DNA of 64,000 nt, taken from the NCBI RefSeq assembly GCF_009914755.1, contig NC_060947.1; one strand, 5' to 3'. A program made the translations under genes and the position numbers. Numbering within the stretch: position 1 is the first letter of the stretch; each line of letters begins with the position of its first letter. This stretch comes from the human T2T-CHM13v2.0 reference genome, Homo sapiens. The notes below the pieces were generated by a model. It was given only the letters and a program-made list of their open reading frames with translations, was not told where the DNA came from and did no database searches. This document shows, piece by piece, positions 28,101 through 40,300 of this stretch.

Positions 28101-31100
28101 CTTTTCCACCACAGGCCTCAAAGCCCTCCAAACGTCCACTTGCAGATTCTCGAAAAAGAGTGTTTCATAGCTACTCTTTCAAAAGGAAAGTTCAACTCTG
28201 GGAGTTGAATACAAACATCACATAGTAGTTTCCGAGAATGCTTCTGTTTAGTTTTTATGTGAAGATGATCCCATTTCCAGTGAAATCTTCAAAGAGGTCC
28301 ACATATCCCCTTGCAGATTCCAAAGAAAGAGGGTTTCAAGACTGCTCCATCAAAAGGATTGCTCAACTCTGTGAGTTGAATGCAGTCATCGCAGAAAACG
28401 TTCTGAGAATGCTTCTGTCTAGGTTTGATGTGAAGATATAGACGTTTCAAACGAAGGCTACAAAGTGGTCAAAATATACACTTGCAGATTCTACTACAAG
28501 GGTGTTGCCAACCTGAACTATCAAAGGAAGGTTCAACTCTGTGAGTTGAATAGAAACATCACAAAGAATGTTCTGAGTTTGCTTCCGTTCAGTTATGGGA
28601 AGTTGATCCCGTTTCCAACGAAATCCTCAGAGAGGTCCAAATATCCCCTTGCAGATTCTACAAAACGTGTGTTTGGAAACTGCTCCATCATAACGAATGT
28701 TCAGCTCTCTGAGTTAAACTCCATCGTCACAAAGAATTTTCTGAGAGTGCTACCGTCTAGTTTTTATATGAAGTTCTTTCCTTTACTACCACAGGCCTCA
28801 AAGCGGTCCAAATCTCCACTTGCAGATTCTACAAAAAGAGTGTTTGCAAACTGCTCTATCAAAAGGAATGTTCAACTCTGGGAGTTGAATGCAATCATCA
28901 CAGAGCAGTTTCTGAGAATGCTTCTATGTGGTTTTTAGGAGAAGATATTTCCCTTTCCACCACAGTCCTCCAAGCCCGCTAAATATCCACTTGCACATTG
29001 TAGAAAAAGTGTGTCGAAGCTGCGCTATCAAAGGGAAAGTTCAACTCTGTGAGGTGAATGCAAACATCCCAAAGAAGTTTCTGAGAATGCTTCCGTTTAG
29101 CTTTTAGGTGAAGATTATCCCGTTTCCAACGAAATCTTCAAAGAGGTCCAAATATCCCCTTGCGGATCCCACAGAAAGAGTGTTTCGAAACTGCTGTTTC
29201 AAAAGGAATCTTCAACTCTGTGAGTTGAATGCAATCATCACAAAGAAGTTTCTGACAATGCTTCTCTCTCGTCTTTCTGTGAAGATAAAGGAAAAGGCTT
29301 TCAGGCCTTTTCCACCACAGGCCTGAAAGCGCTCCAAATGTCCACTTGCAGATTCTGCGAAAAGAATATTTCAAAACTGCTCTATGAGAAGCAATGTTAA
29401 ACTCTGTGGCTCGAACACAAACATCACAAAGCAGTTTCTGAGAATGCTTCAGTTTAGTTTTTCTGTGGAAATATTCCCGTTTCCAAAGAAATCTTCAAGG
29501 AGTTCCACGTATCCACTTACAGATTCTACAAAAAGACAGTTTCAAAACTGCTCAATCAAAAGGAGAGTTCAACCGTGTGACTTGAATGCAATCATCACTC
29601 AGAAGTTTCTGAGAATGCTTCTCTTTAGTTTTTACGTGAACATATACCCGTTTCGAACGAAGGCCACCCAGTGGTCCAAATATCCACTTGCAGATTCTAC
29701 AGAAAGGGTGTTTCGAACCTGAACTCTCAAAGACAGGTTCATCTCTGCGAGTTAAATGCATTCATCATGAAGAACTTTCTCAGAGTGTTTGTGTTTAGTT
29801 ATGGGAAATTATTCCCGTTTCCAACGAAATCCTCAGAGAGGTCCAAATATCCACCTGCAGATTCTACCAAAAGTGTATTTGGAAACTGCTCCATCAAAAG
29901 GCATGTTCAGCTCTGTGAGTGAAACTGCATCATCACAAAGAATATTCAGAGAATGCTTCCGTTTGCCTTTCATATGAAGTTCCTTCCTGTACTACCGTAG
30001 GCCTCAAAGCAGTCCAAATGTCCATTTGCAGATTCTACAAAAAGAGTGATTCCAATCTGCTCTATCAATAGGATTGTTCAACTCCATGAGTTGAATGCCA
30101 TCCTCACAAAGTCGTTTCTGAGAATGCTTCTATCTAGTTTTTATGTGAAGATATTTCCTTTTCCACCACAGGCCTCAAAGCCCTCCAAACGTCCACTTGC
30201 AGATTCTCGAAAAAGAGTGTTTCATAGCTACTCTTTCAAAAGGAAAGTTCAACTCTGGGAGTTGAATACAAACATCACAAAGTAGTTTCCGAGAATGCTT
30301 CTGTTTAGTTTTTATGTGAAGATGATCCCATTTCCATTGAAATCTTCAAAGAGGTCCACATATCCCCTTGCAGATTCCAAAGAAAGAGGGTTTCAAGACT
30401 GCTCCATCAAAAGGATTGCTCAACTCTGTGAGTTGAATGCAGTCATCGCAGAAAACTTTCTGAGAATGATTCTGTCTAGGTTTGATGTGAAGATATAGAC
30501 GTTTCAAACGAAGGCTACAAAGTGGTCAAAATATACACTTGCAGATTCTACTACAAGGGTTTTGCCAACCTGAACTATCAAAGGAAGGTTCAACTCTGTG
30601 AGTTGAATACAAACATCACAAAGAATGTTCTGAGTTTGCTTCCGTTCAGTTATGGGAAGTTGATCCCGTTTCCAACGAAATCCTCAGAGAGGTCCAAATA
30701 TCCCCTTGCAGATTCTACAAAACGTGTGTTTGGAAACTGCTCCATCATAACGAATGTTCAGCTCTCTGAGTTAAACTCCATCGTCACAAAGAATTTTCTG
30801 AGAGTGCTACCGTCTAGTTTTTATATGAAGTTCTTTCCTTTACTACCACAGGCCTCAAAGCGGTCCAAATCTCCACTTGCAGATTCTACAAAAAGAGTGT
30901 TTGCAAACTGCTCTATCAAGAGGAATGTTCAACTCTGGGAGTTGAATGCAATCATCACAGAGCAGTTTCTGAGAATGCTTCTATGTGGTTTTTAGGAGAA
31001 GATATTTCCTTTTCCACCACAGTCCTCCAAGCCCGCTAAATATCCACTTGCAGATGGTAGAAAAAGTGTTTCAAAGCTGTGCTATCAAAGGGAAAGTTCA

Positions 31101-34100
31101 ACTCTGTGAGGTGAATGCAAGCATCCCAAAGAAGTTTCTGAGAGTGCTTCCGTTTAGCTTTTAGGTGAAGATTATCCCGTTTCCAACGAAACCTTCAAAG
31201 AGGTCCAAATATCCCCTTGCGGATCCCACAGAAAGAGTGTTTCGAAACTGCTGTTTCAAAAGGAATCTTCAACTCTGTGAGTTGAATGCAATCATCACAA
31301 AGAAGTTTCTGACAATGCTTCTCTCTGGTCTTTCTGTGAAGATAAAGGAAAAGGCTTTCAGGCCTTTTCCACCACAGGCCTGAAAGGGCTCCAAATGTCC
31401 ACTTGCAGATTCTGCGAAAAGAATATTTCAAAACTGCTCTTTGAGAAGCAATGTTAAACTCTGTGGCTCGAACACAAACATCACAAAGCAGTTTCCGAGA
31501 ATGCTTCAGTTTAGTTTTTCTGTGGAAATATTCCCGTTTCCAAAGAAATCTTCCAGGAGGTCCACGTATCCACTTACAGATTCTAAAAAAAGACAGTTTC
31601 AAAACTGCTCAATCAAAAGGAGGGTTCAACTGTGTGACTTGAATGCAATCATCACTCAGAAGTTTCTGAGAATGCTTCTCTTTAGTTTTTACGTGAACAT
31701 ATACCCGTTTCGAACGAAGGCCACCCATTGGTCCAAATATCCACTTGCAGATTCTACAGAAAGAGTGTTTCGAACCTGAACTATCAAAGGCAGGTTCATC
31801 TCTGCGAGTTAAATGCATTCATCATGAAGAACTTTCTCAGAGTGTTTGTGTTTAGTTATGGGAAATTATTCCCGTTTCCAACGGAATCCTCAGAGAGCTC
31901 CAAATATCCACCTGCAGATTCTACCAAAAGTGTATTTGGAAACAGCTCCATCAAAAGGCATGTTCAGCTCTGTGAGTGAAACTCCATCATCACAAAGAAT
32001 ATTCTGAGAATGCTTCCGTTTGCCTTTTATATGAAGTTCCTTCCTATACTACCGTAGGCCTCAAAGCAGTCCAAATCTCCATTTGCAGATTCTACAAAAA
32101 GAGTGATTCCAATCTGCTCTATCAATAGGATTGTTCAGCTCCATGAGTTGAATGCCATCCTCACAAAGTCGTTTCTGAGAATGCTTCTATCTAGTTTTTA
32201 TGTGAAGATATTTCCTTTTCCACCACAGGCCTCAAAGCCCTCCAAACGTCCACTTGCAGATTCTCGAAAAAGAGTGTTTCATAGCTACTCTTTCAAAAGG
32301 AAAGTTCAACTCTGGGAGTTGAATACAAACATCACAAAGTAGTTTCCGAGAATGCTTCTGTTTAGTTTTTATGTGAAGATGATCCCATTTCCATTGAAAT
32401 CTTCAAAGAGGTCCACATATCCCCTTGCAGATTCCAAAGAAAGAGGGTTTCAAGACTGCTCCATCAAAAGGATTGCTCAACTCTGTGAGTTGAATGCAGT
32501 CATCGCAGAAAACTTTCTGAGAATGATTCTGTCTAGGTTTGATGTGAAGATATAGACGTTTCAAACGAAGGCTACAAAGTGGTCAAAATATACACTTGCA
32601 GATTCTACTACAAGGGTTTTGCCAACCTGAACTATCAAAGGAAGGTTCAACTCTGTGAGTTGAATACAAACATCACAAAGAATGTTCTGAGTTTGCTTCC
32701 GTTCAGTTATGGGAAGTTGATCCCGTTTCCAACGAAATCCTCAGAGAGGTCCAAATATCCCCTTGCAGATTCTACAAAACGTGTGTTTGGAAACTGCTCC
32801 ATCATAACGAATGTTCAGCTCTCTGAGTTAAACTCCATCGTCACAAAGAATTTTCTGAGAGTGCTACCGTCTAGTTTTTATATGAAGTTCTTTCCTTTAC
32901 TACCACAGGCCTCAAAGCGGTCCAAATCTCCACTTGCAGATTCTACAAAAAGAGTGTTTGCAAACTGCTCTATCAAGAGGAATGTTCAACTCTGGGAGTT
33001 GAATGCAATCATCACAGAGCAGTTTCTGAGAATGCTTCTATGTGGTTTTTAGGAGAAGATATTTCCTTTTCCACCACAGTCCTCCAAGCCCGCTAAATAT
33101 CCACTTGCAGATGGTAGAAAAAGTGTTTCAAAGCTGTGCTATCAAAGGGAAAGTTCAACTCTGTGAGGTGAATGCAAGCATCCCAAAGAAGTTTCTGAGA
33201 GTGCTTCCGTTTAGCTTTTAGGTGAAGATTATCCCGTTTCCAACGAAACCTTCAAAGAGGTCCAAATATCCCCTTGCGGATCCCACAGAAAGAGTGTTTC
33301 GAAACTGCTGTTTCAAAAGGAATCTTCAACTCTGTGAGTTGAATGCAATCATCACAAAGAAGTTTCTGACAATGCTTCTCTCTGGTCTTTCTGTGAAGAT
33401 AAAGGAAAAGGCTTTCAGGCCTTTTCCACCACAGGCCTGAAAGGGCTCCAAATGTCCACTTGCAGATTCTGCGAAAAGAATATTTCAAAACTGCTCTTTG
33501 AGAAGCAATGTTAAACTCTGTGGCTCGAACACAAACATCACAAAGCAGTTTCCGAGAATGCTTCAGTTTAGTTTTTCTGTGGAAATATTCCCGTTTCCAA
33601 AGAAATCTTCCAGGAGGTCCACGTATCCACTTACAGATTCTAAAAAAAGACAGTTTCAAAACTGCTCAATCAAAAGGAGGGTTCAACTGTGTGACTTGAA
33701 TGCAATCATCACTCAGAAGTTTCTGAGAATGCTTCTCTTTAGTTTTTACGTGAACATATACCCGTTTCGAACGAAGGCCACCCATTGGTCCAAATATCCA
33801 CTTGCAGATTCTACAGAAAGAGTGTTTCGAACCTGAACTATCAAAGGCAGGTTCATCTCTGCGAGTTAAATGCATTCATCATGAAGAACTTTCTCAGAGT
33901 GTTTGTGTTTAGTTATGGGAAATTATTCCCGTTTCCAACGGAATCCTCAGAGAGCTCCAAATATCCACCTGCAGATTCTACCAAAAGTGTATTTGGAAAC
34001 AGCTCCATCAAAAGGCATGTTCAGCTCTGTGAGTGAAACTCCATCATCACAAAGAATATTCTGAGAATGCTTCCGTTTGCCTTTTATATGAAGTTCCTTC

Positions 34101-37100
34101 CTATACTACCGTAGGCCTCAAAGCAGTCCAAATCTCCATTTGCAGATTCTACAAAAAGAGTGATTCCAATCTGCTCTATCAATAGGATTGTTCAGCTCCA
34201 TGAGTTGAATGCCATCCTCACAAAGTCGTTTCTGAGAATGCTTCTATCTAGTTTTTATGTGAAGATATTTCCTTTTCCACCACAGGCCTCAAAGCCCTCC
34301 AAATGTCCACTTGCAGATTCTCGAAAAAGAGTGTTTCATAGCTGCTCTTTCAAAAGGAAAGTTCAACTCTGGGAGTTGAATACAAACATCACAAAGTAGT
34401 TTCCGAGAATCTTCTGTTTAGTTTTTATGTGAAGATGATCCCGTTTCCAGTGAAATCTTCAAAGAGGTCCACATATCCCCTTGCAGATTCCAAAGAAAGA
34501 TGGTTTCAAAACTGCTCCATCAAAAGGATTGTTCAACTCTGTGAGTTGAATGCAGTCATCACAGCAAACTTTCTGAGAATGCTTCTGTCTAGGTTTGATG
34601 TGAAGATATAGACGTTTCAAACGAAGGCTACAAAGTGGTCAAAATATACACTTGCAGATTCTACTACAAGGGTGTTGCAAACCTGAACTATCAAAGGAAG
34701 GTTCAACTCTGTGAGTTGAATACAAACATCACAAAGAATGTTCTGAGTTTGCTTCCGTTCAGTTACGGGAAGTTGATCCCGTTTCCAACGAAATCCTCGG
34801 AGAGGTCCAAATATCCCCTTGCAGATTCTACAAAACGTGTGTTTGGAAACTGCTCCATCATAACGAATGTTCAGCTCTCTGAGTTAAACTCCATCGTCCC
34901 AAAGAATTTTCTGAGAGTGCTACCATCTAGTTTTCATACGAAGTTCTTTCCTTTACTACCACAGGCCTCAAAGCGGTCCAAATCTCCACTTGCAGATTCT
35001 ACAAAAAGAGTGTTTGCAAACTGCTCTATCAAAAGGAATGTTCAACTCTGGGAGTTGAATGCAATCATCACAGAGCAGTTTCTGAGAATGCTTCTATGTC
35101 GTTTTTAGGAGAAGATATTTCCTTTTCCAACACAGTCCTCCAAGCCCGCTAAATACGACTTGCACATTGTAGAAAAAATGTATCAAAGCTGCGCTATCAG
35201 AGGGAAAGTTCAACTCTGTGAGGTGAATGCAAACATCCCAAAGAAGTTTCTGAGAATGCTTCCGTTTAGCTTTTAGGTGAAGATTATCCCGTTTCCAACG
35301 AAATCTTCAAAGAAGTCCAAATATCCCCTTGCGGATCCCACAGAAAGAGTGTTTCGAAACTGCTGTTTCAAAAGGAATCTTCAACTCTGTGAGTTGAATG
35401 CAAAAATCACAAAGAAGTTTCTGACAATGCTTCTCTCTTGTCTTTCTGTGAAGATAAAGGAAAAGGCTTTCAGGCCTTTTCCACCACAGGCCTGAAAGCG
35501 CTCCAAATGTCCACTTGTAGATTCTGCGAAAAGAATATTTCAAAACTGCTCTATGAAAAGCAATGTTAAACTCTGTGGCTCGAACACAAACATCACAAAG
35601 CAGTTTCTGAGAATGCTTCAGTTTAGTTTTTCTGTGGAAAGATTCCCGTTTCCAAAGAAATCTTCAAAGAGGTCCACGTATCCACTTACAGATTCTACAA
35701 AAAGACAATTTCAAAACTGCTCAATCAAAAGGAGGGTTCAACTGTGTGTCTTGAATGCAGTCGTCACTCAGAAGTTTCTGAGAATGCTTCTCTTTAGTTT
35801 TTACGTGAACATATACCTGTTTCGAAAGAAGGCCACCCAGTGGTCCAAATATCCACTTGCAGATTCTACAGAAAGAGTGTTTCGAACCTGAACTCTCAAA
35901 GGAAGGTTCATCTCTGTGAGTTAAATGCATTCATCATGAAGAACGTTCTCAGCGTGTTTGAGTTTAGTTATGGGAAATTATTCCCGTTTCCAACGAAATC
36001 CTCAGAGAGGTCCAAATATCCACCTGCAGATTCTACCAAAAGTGTATTTGGAAACTGCTCCATCAAAAGGCATGTTCAGCTCTGTGAGTGAAACTCCATC
36101 ATCACAAAGAATATTCTGAGAATGCTTCCGTTTGCCTTTTATATGAAGTTCCTTCCTATACTACCGTAGGCCTCAAAGCAGTCCAAATCTCCATTTGCAG
36201 ATTCTACAAAAAGAGTGATTCCAATCTGCTCTATCAATAGGATTGTTCAACTCCATGAGTTGAATGCCATCCTCGCAAAGTCGTTTCTGAGAATGCTTCT
36301 ATCTAGTTTTTATGTGAAGATATTTCCTTTTCCACCACAGGCCTCAAAGCCCTCCAAACGTCCACTTGCAGATTCTCGAAAAAGAGTGTTTCATAGCTGC
36401 TCTTTCAAAAGGAAAGTTCAACTCTGGGAGTTGAATACAAACATCACAAAGTAGTTTCCGAGAATGCTTCTGTTTAGTTTTTATGTGAAGATGATCCCGT
36501 TTCCAGTGAAATCTTCAAGGAGTTCCACATACCACTTGCAGATTCCAAAGAAAGAGGGTTTCAAAACTGCTCCATCAAAAGGATTGTTCCAATCTGTGAG
36601 TTGAATGCAGTCATCACAGAAAACTTTCTGAGAATGCTTCTGTCTAGGTTTCATGTGAAGATATAGACGTTTCAAACGAAGGCTACAAAGTGGTCAAAAT
36701 ATACACTTGCAGATTCTACTACAAGGGTGTTGCAAACCTGAACTATCAAAGGAAGGTTCAACTCTGTGAGTTGAATACAAACATCACAAAGAATTTTCTG
36801 AGTTTGCTTCCGTTCAGTTATGGGAAGTTGATCCCATTTCCAACGAAATCCTCAGAGAGGTCCAAATATCCCTTTGCAGATTCTACAAAATGTGTGTTTG
36901 GAAACTGCTCCATCATAACGAATGTTCAGCTCTCTGAGTTAAACTCTATCGTCACAAAGAATTTTCTGAGAGTGCTACCGTCTAGTTTTTATATGAAGTT
37001 CTTTCCTTTACTACCACAGGCCTCAAAGCAGTCCAAATCTCCACTTGCAGATTCTGCAAAAAGAGTGTTTGCAAACTGCTCTATCAAAAGGAATGTTCAA

Positions 37101-37300
37101 CTCTGGGGGTTGAACGCAATCATCACAGAGCAGTTTCTGAGAATGCTTCTATGTCGTTTTTAGGAGAAGATATTTCCTTTTCCAACACAGTCCTCCAAAC
37201 CCGCTAAATATCCACTTGCACATTGTTGAAAAAGTGTGTCAAAGCTGCACTATCAAAGGCAAAGTTCAACTCTGTGAGGTGAATGCAAACATCCCAAAGA

Positions 37301-40300
37301 AGTTTCTGAGAATGCTTCCGTTTAGCTTTTAGGTGAGATTATCCCGTTTCCAACGAAATCTTCAAAGAGTTCCAAATATCCCCTTGTGGATCCCACAGAA
37401 AGAGTGTTTCGAAACTGCTGTTTCAAAAGGAATCTTCAACTCTGTGAGTTGAATGCAATCATCACAAAGAAGTTTCTGGCAATGCTTCTCTCTCGTCTTT
37501 ATGTGAAGATAAAGGAAAAGGCTTTCAGACCTTTTCCACCACAGGCCTGAAAGCGCTCCAAATGTCCACTTGCAGATTCTGCGAACAGAATGTTTCAAAA
37601 CTGCTCTATGAAAAGCAATGTTAAACTCTGTGGCTCGAACACAAACATCACAAATCAGTTTCTGAGAATGCTTCAGTTTAGTTTTTCTGTGGAGATATTC
37701 CCATTTCCAAAGAAATCTTCAAAGAGGTCCACATATCCACTTACAGATTCTACAAAAAGACAGATTCAAAACTGCTCAATCAAAAGGAGGGTTCAACTGT
37801 GTGACTTGAATGCAATCATCACACAGAAGTTTCTGAGAATGCTTCTCCTTAGTTTTTACGTGAACATATACCCGTTTCGAACGAAGGCCACCCAGTGGTT
37901 CAAATATCCACTTGCAGATTTTACAGAAAGAGTCTTTCAAACCTGAACTTTCAAAGGAAGGTTCATCTCTGTGAGTTAAATGCATTCATCATGAAGAACA
38001 TTCTCAGAATGTTTTTGTTTAGTTATGGGAAGTATTTCCCGTTTCCAACGAAATCCTCAGAGAGGTCCAAATATCCACTTGCAGATTCTACCAAAAGTGT
38101 ATTTGGAAACTGCTCCATCAAAAGGCATGTTCAACTCTGTGAGTTAAACCCCATCATCACAAAGAATATTCTGAGAATGCTTCCGTTTGCTTTTTATATG
38201 AAGTTCCTTCCTATACTACCGTAGGCCTCAAAGCAGTCCAAATCTCCATTTGCAGATTCTATAAAAAGAGTGTTTCCAATCTGCTTTATCAATAGGATTG
38301 TTCAACTCCGTGAGGTGAATGCCATCCTCACAAAGTCGTTTCTGAGAATGCTTCTATCTAGTTTTTATGTGAAGATATTTCCTTTTCCACCACAGGTCTC
38401 AAAGCCCTCCAAACGTCCACTTGCAGATTCTCGAAAAAGGGTGTTTCATAGCTGCTCTTTCAACAGGAAAGTTCAACTCTCGGAGTTGAATACAAACATC
38501 ACAAAGTAGTTTTCGAGAATGCTTCTCTTTAGTTTTTATGTGAAGATGATCCCGTTTCCAATGAAATCTTCAAAGAGGTCCACATATGCCCTTGCAGATT
38601 CCAAAGAAAGAGGGTTTCAAAACTGCTCCATCAAATGGATTGTTCAACTCTGTGAGTTGAATGCAGTCATCGCAGAAAACTTTGTGAGAATGCTTCTGTC
38701 TAGGTTTGATGTGAAGATATAGACGTTTCAAACGAAGGCTACAAAGTGGTCAAAATATACACTTGCAGATTCTACTACAAGGGTGTTGCAAACTTGCACT
38801 ATCAAAGGAAGTTTGCACTCTCTGAGTTGAATGCAAACATCACAAAGATGTTTCTGAGAATGCCTCCGTTCAGTTATGGGAAGTTGATCCCGTTTCCAAC
38901 GAAATCCTCAGAGAGGTCTAAATATCCCCTTGCAGATTCTACAAAAAGTGTGTTTGGAAACTGCTCCATCAAAACGAATGTTCAGCTCTCTGAGTTAAAC
39001 TCAATCGTCACAAGGAATTTTGTGAGAGTGCTACTGTCTACGTTTCATGTGAAGTTCTTTCCTTTACTACCACAGGCCTCAAAGCGGTCCAAATCTCCAC
39101 TTGCAGATTCTACAAAGGAGTGATTGCAAACTGCTCTATCAAAATGAATGTTCAACTCTGGGAGTTGAATGCATTCATCACAGAGCAGTTTCTGAGAATG
39201 CTTCTATGTGGTTCTTAGGAGTAGATATTTCCTTTTCACCACAGTCCTCCAAGCCCGCTAAATATCCACTTGCACATTCTAGAAAAAGTGTGTTAAAGCT
39301 GCGCTATCAAAGGGAAAGTTCAACTGTGTGAGGTGAATGCAAACGTCCCAAAGAAGTTTCTGAGAATGCTTCCGTTTAGCTTTTAGGTGAAGATTATCCC
39401 GTTTCCAACGAAATCTTCAAAGAGGTCCAAATATCCCCTTGCGGATCCCACAGAAAGAGTGTTTCGAAACTGCTGTTTCAAAAGGAGTCTTCAACTCTGT
39501 GAATTGAATGCAATCATCACAAAGAAGTTTCTGAGAATGCTTCTCTCTCGTCTTTATGTGAAGATATTTCCTTTTCCACCACAGGCCTGAAAGCGCTCCA
39601 AATGTCCTCTTGCAGATTCTGCGAACAGAATGTTTCAAAACTGCTCTATGAAAAGCAATGTTAAACTCTGTGGCTCGAACACAAACATCACAAATCAGTT
39701 TCTGAGAATGCTTCAGTTTAGTTTTTCTGTGGAGATAATCCCATTTCCAAAGAAATCTTCAAAGAGGTCCACATATCCACTTACAGATTCTACAAAAAGA
39801 CAGATTCAAAACTGCTCAATCAAAAGGAGGGTTCAACCCTGTGACTTGAATGCAATCATCACACAGAAGTTTCTCAGAATGCTTCTCTTTAGTTTTTACG
39901 TGAACATATACCCGTTTCGAACGAAGGCCACACAGTTGTCCAAATATCCACTTGCAGATTCTACAGAAAGAGTGTTTCAAACCTGAACTCTCAAAGGAAG
40001 GTTCATCACTGTGAGTTAAATGCATTCATCATGAAGAACTTTCTCAGAATGTTTGTGTTTAGTCATGGGAAGTCTTTCCCATTTCCAACGAAATCCTCAG
40101 AGAGGTCCAAATATCCACTTGCAGATTCTACTAAAAGTGTATTTGGAAACTGCTCCATCAAAAGGCATGTTCAGCTCTGTGAGTTAAACTCCATCATCAC
40201 AAAGAATATTCTGAGAATGCTTCCGTTTGCTTTTTATATGAAGTTCCTTCCTATACTACCGTAGGCCTCAAAGCAGTCCAAATCTCCATTTACAGATTCT

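Larger units (their letters stand above)
1..37300 (-). repeat. DXZ1: Homogeneous alpha-satellite HOR array, 12-mer, 2057 bp (DXZ1-type, suprachromosomal family 3), ~18 copies
   Basis: The same marker recurs at 307, 2364, 4421, 6478, 8539, 10596, 12653, 14710 ... 33222, 35277 (period 2057, with small indel shifts). Monomers are ~171 bp. There is one GGATCC per unit (363, 2420, 4477...). Box order per unit is B,A,B,B,B,A,A,B,B,B,A,A, i.e. two pentamers plus two monomers. A 2.0-kb BamHI 12-mer is the established signature of the human X centromere. Strand is given relative to the conventional CATTCTCAGAAAC orientation. Confidence 0.95.
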
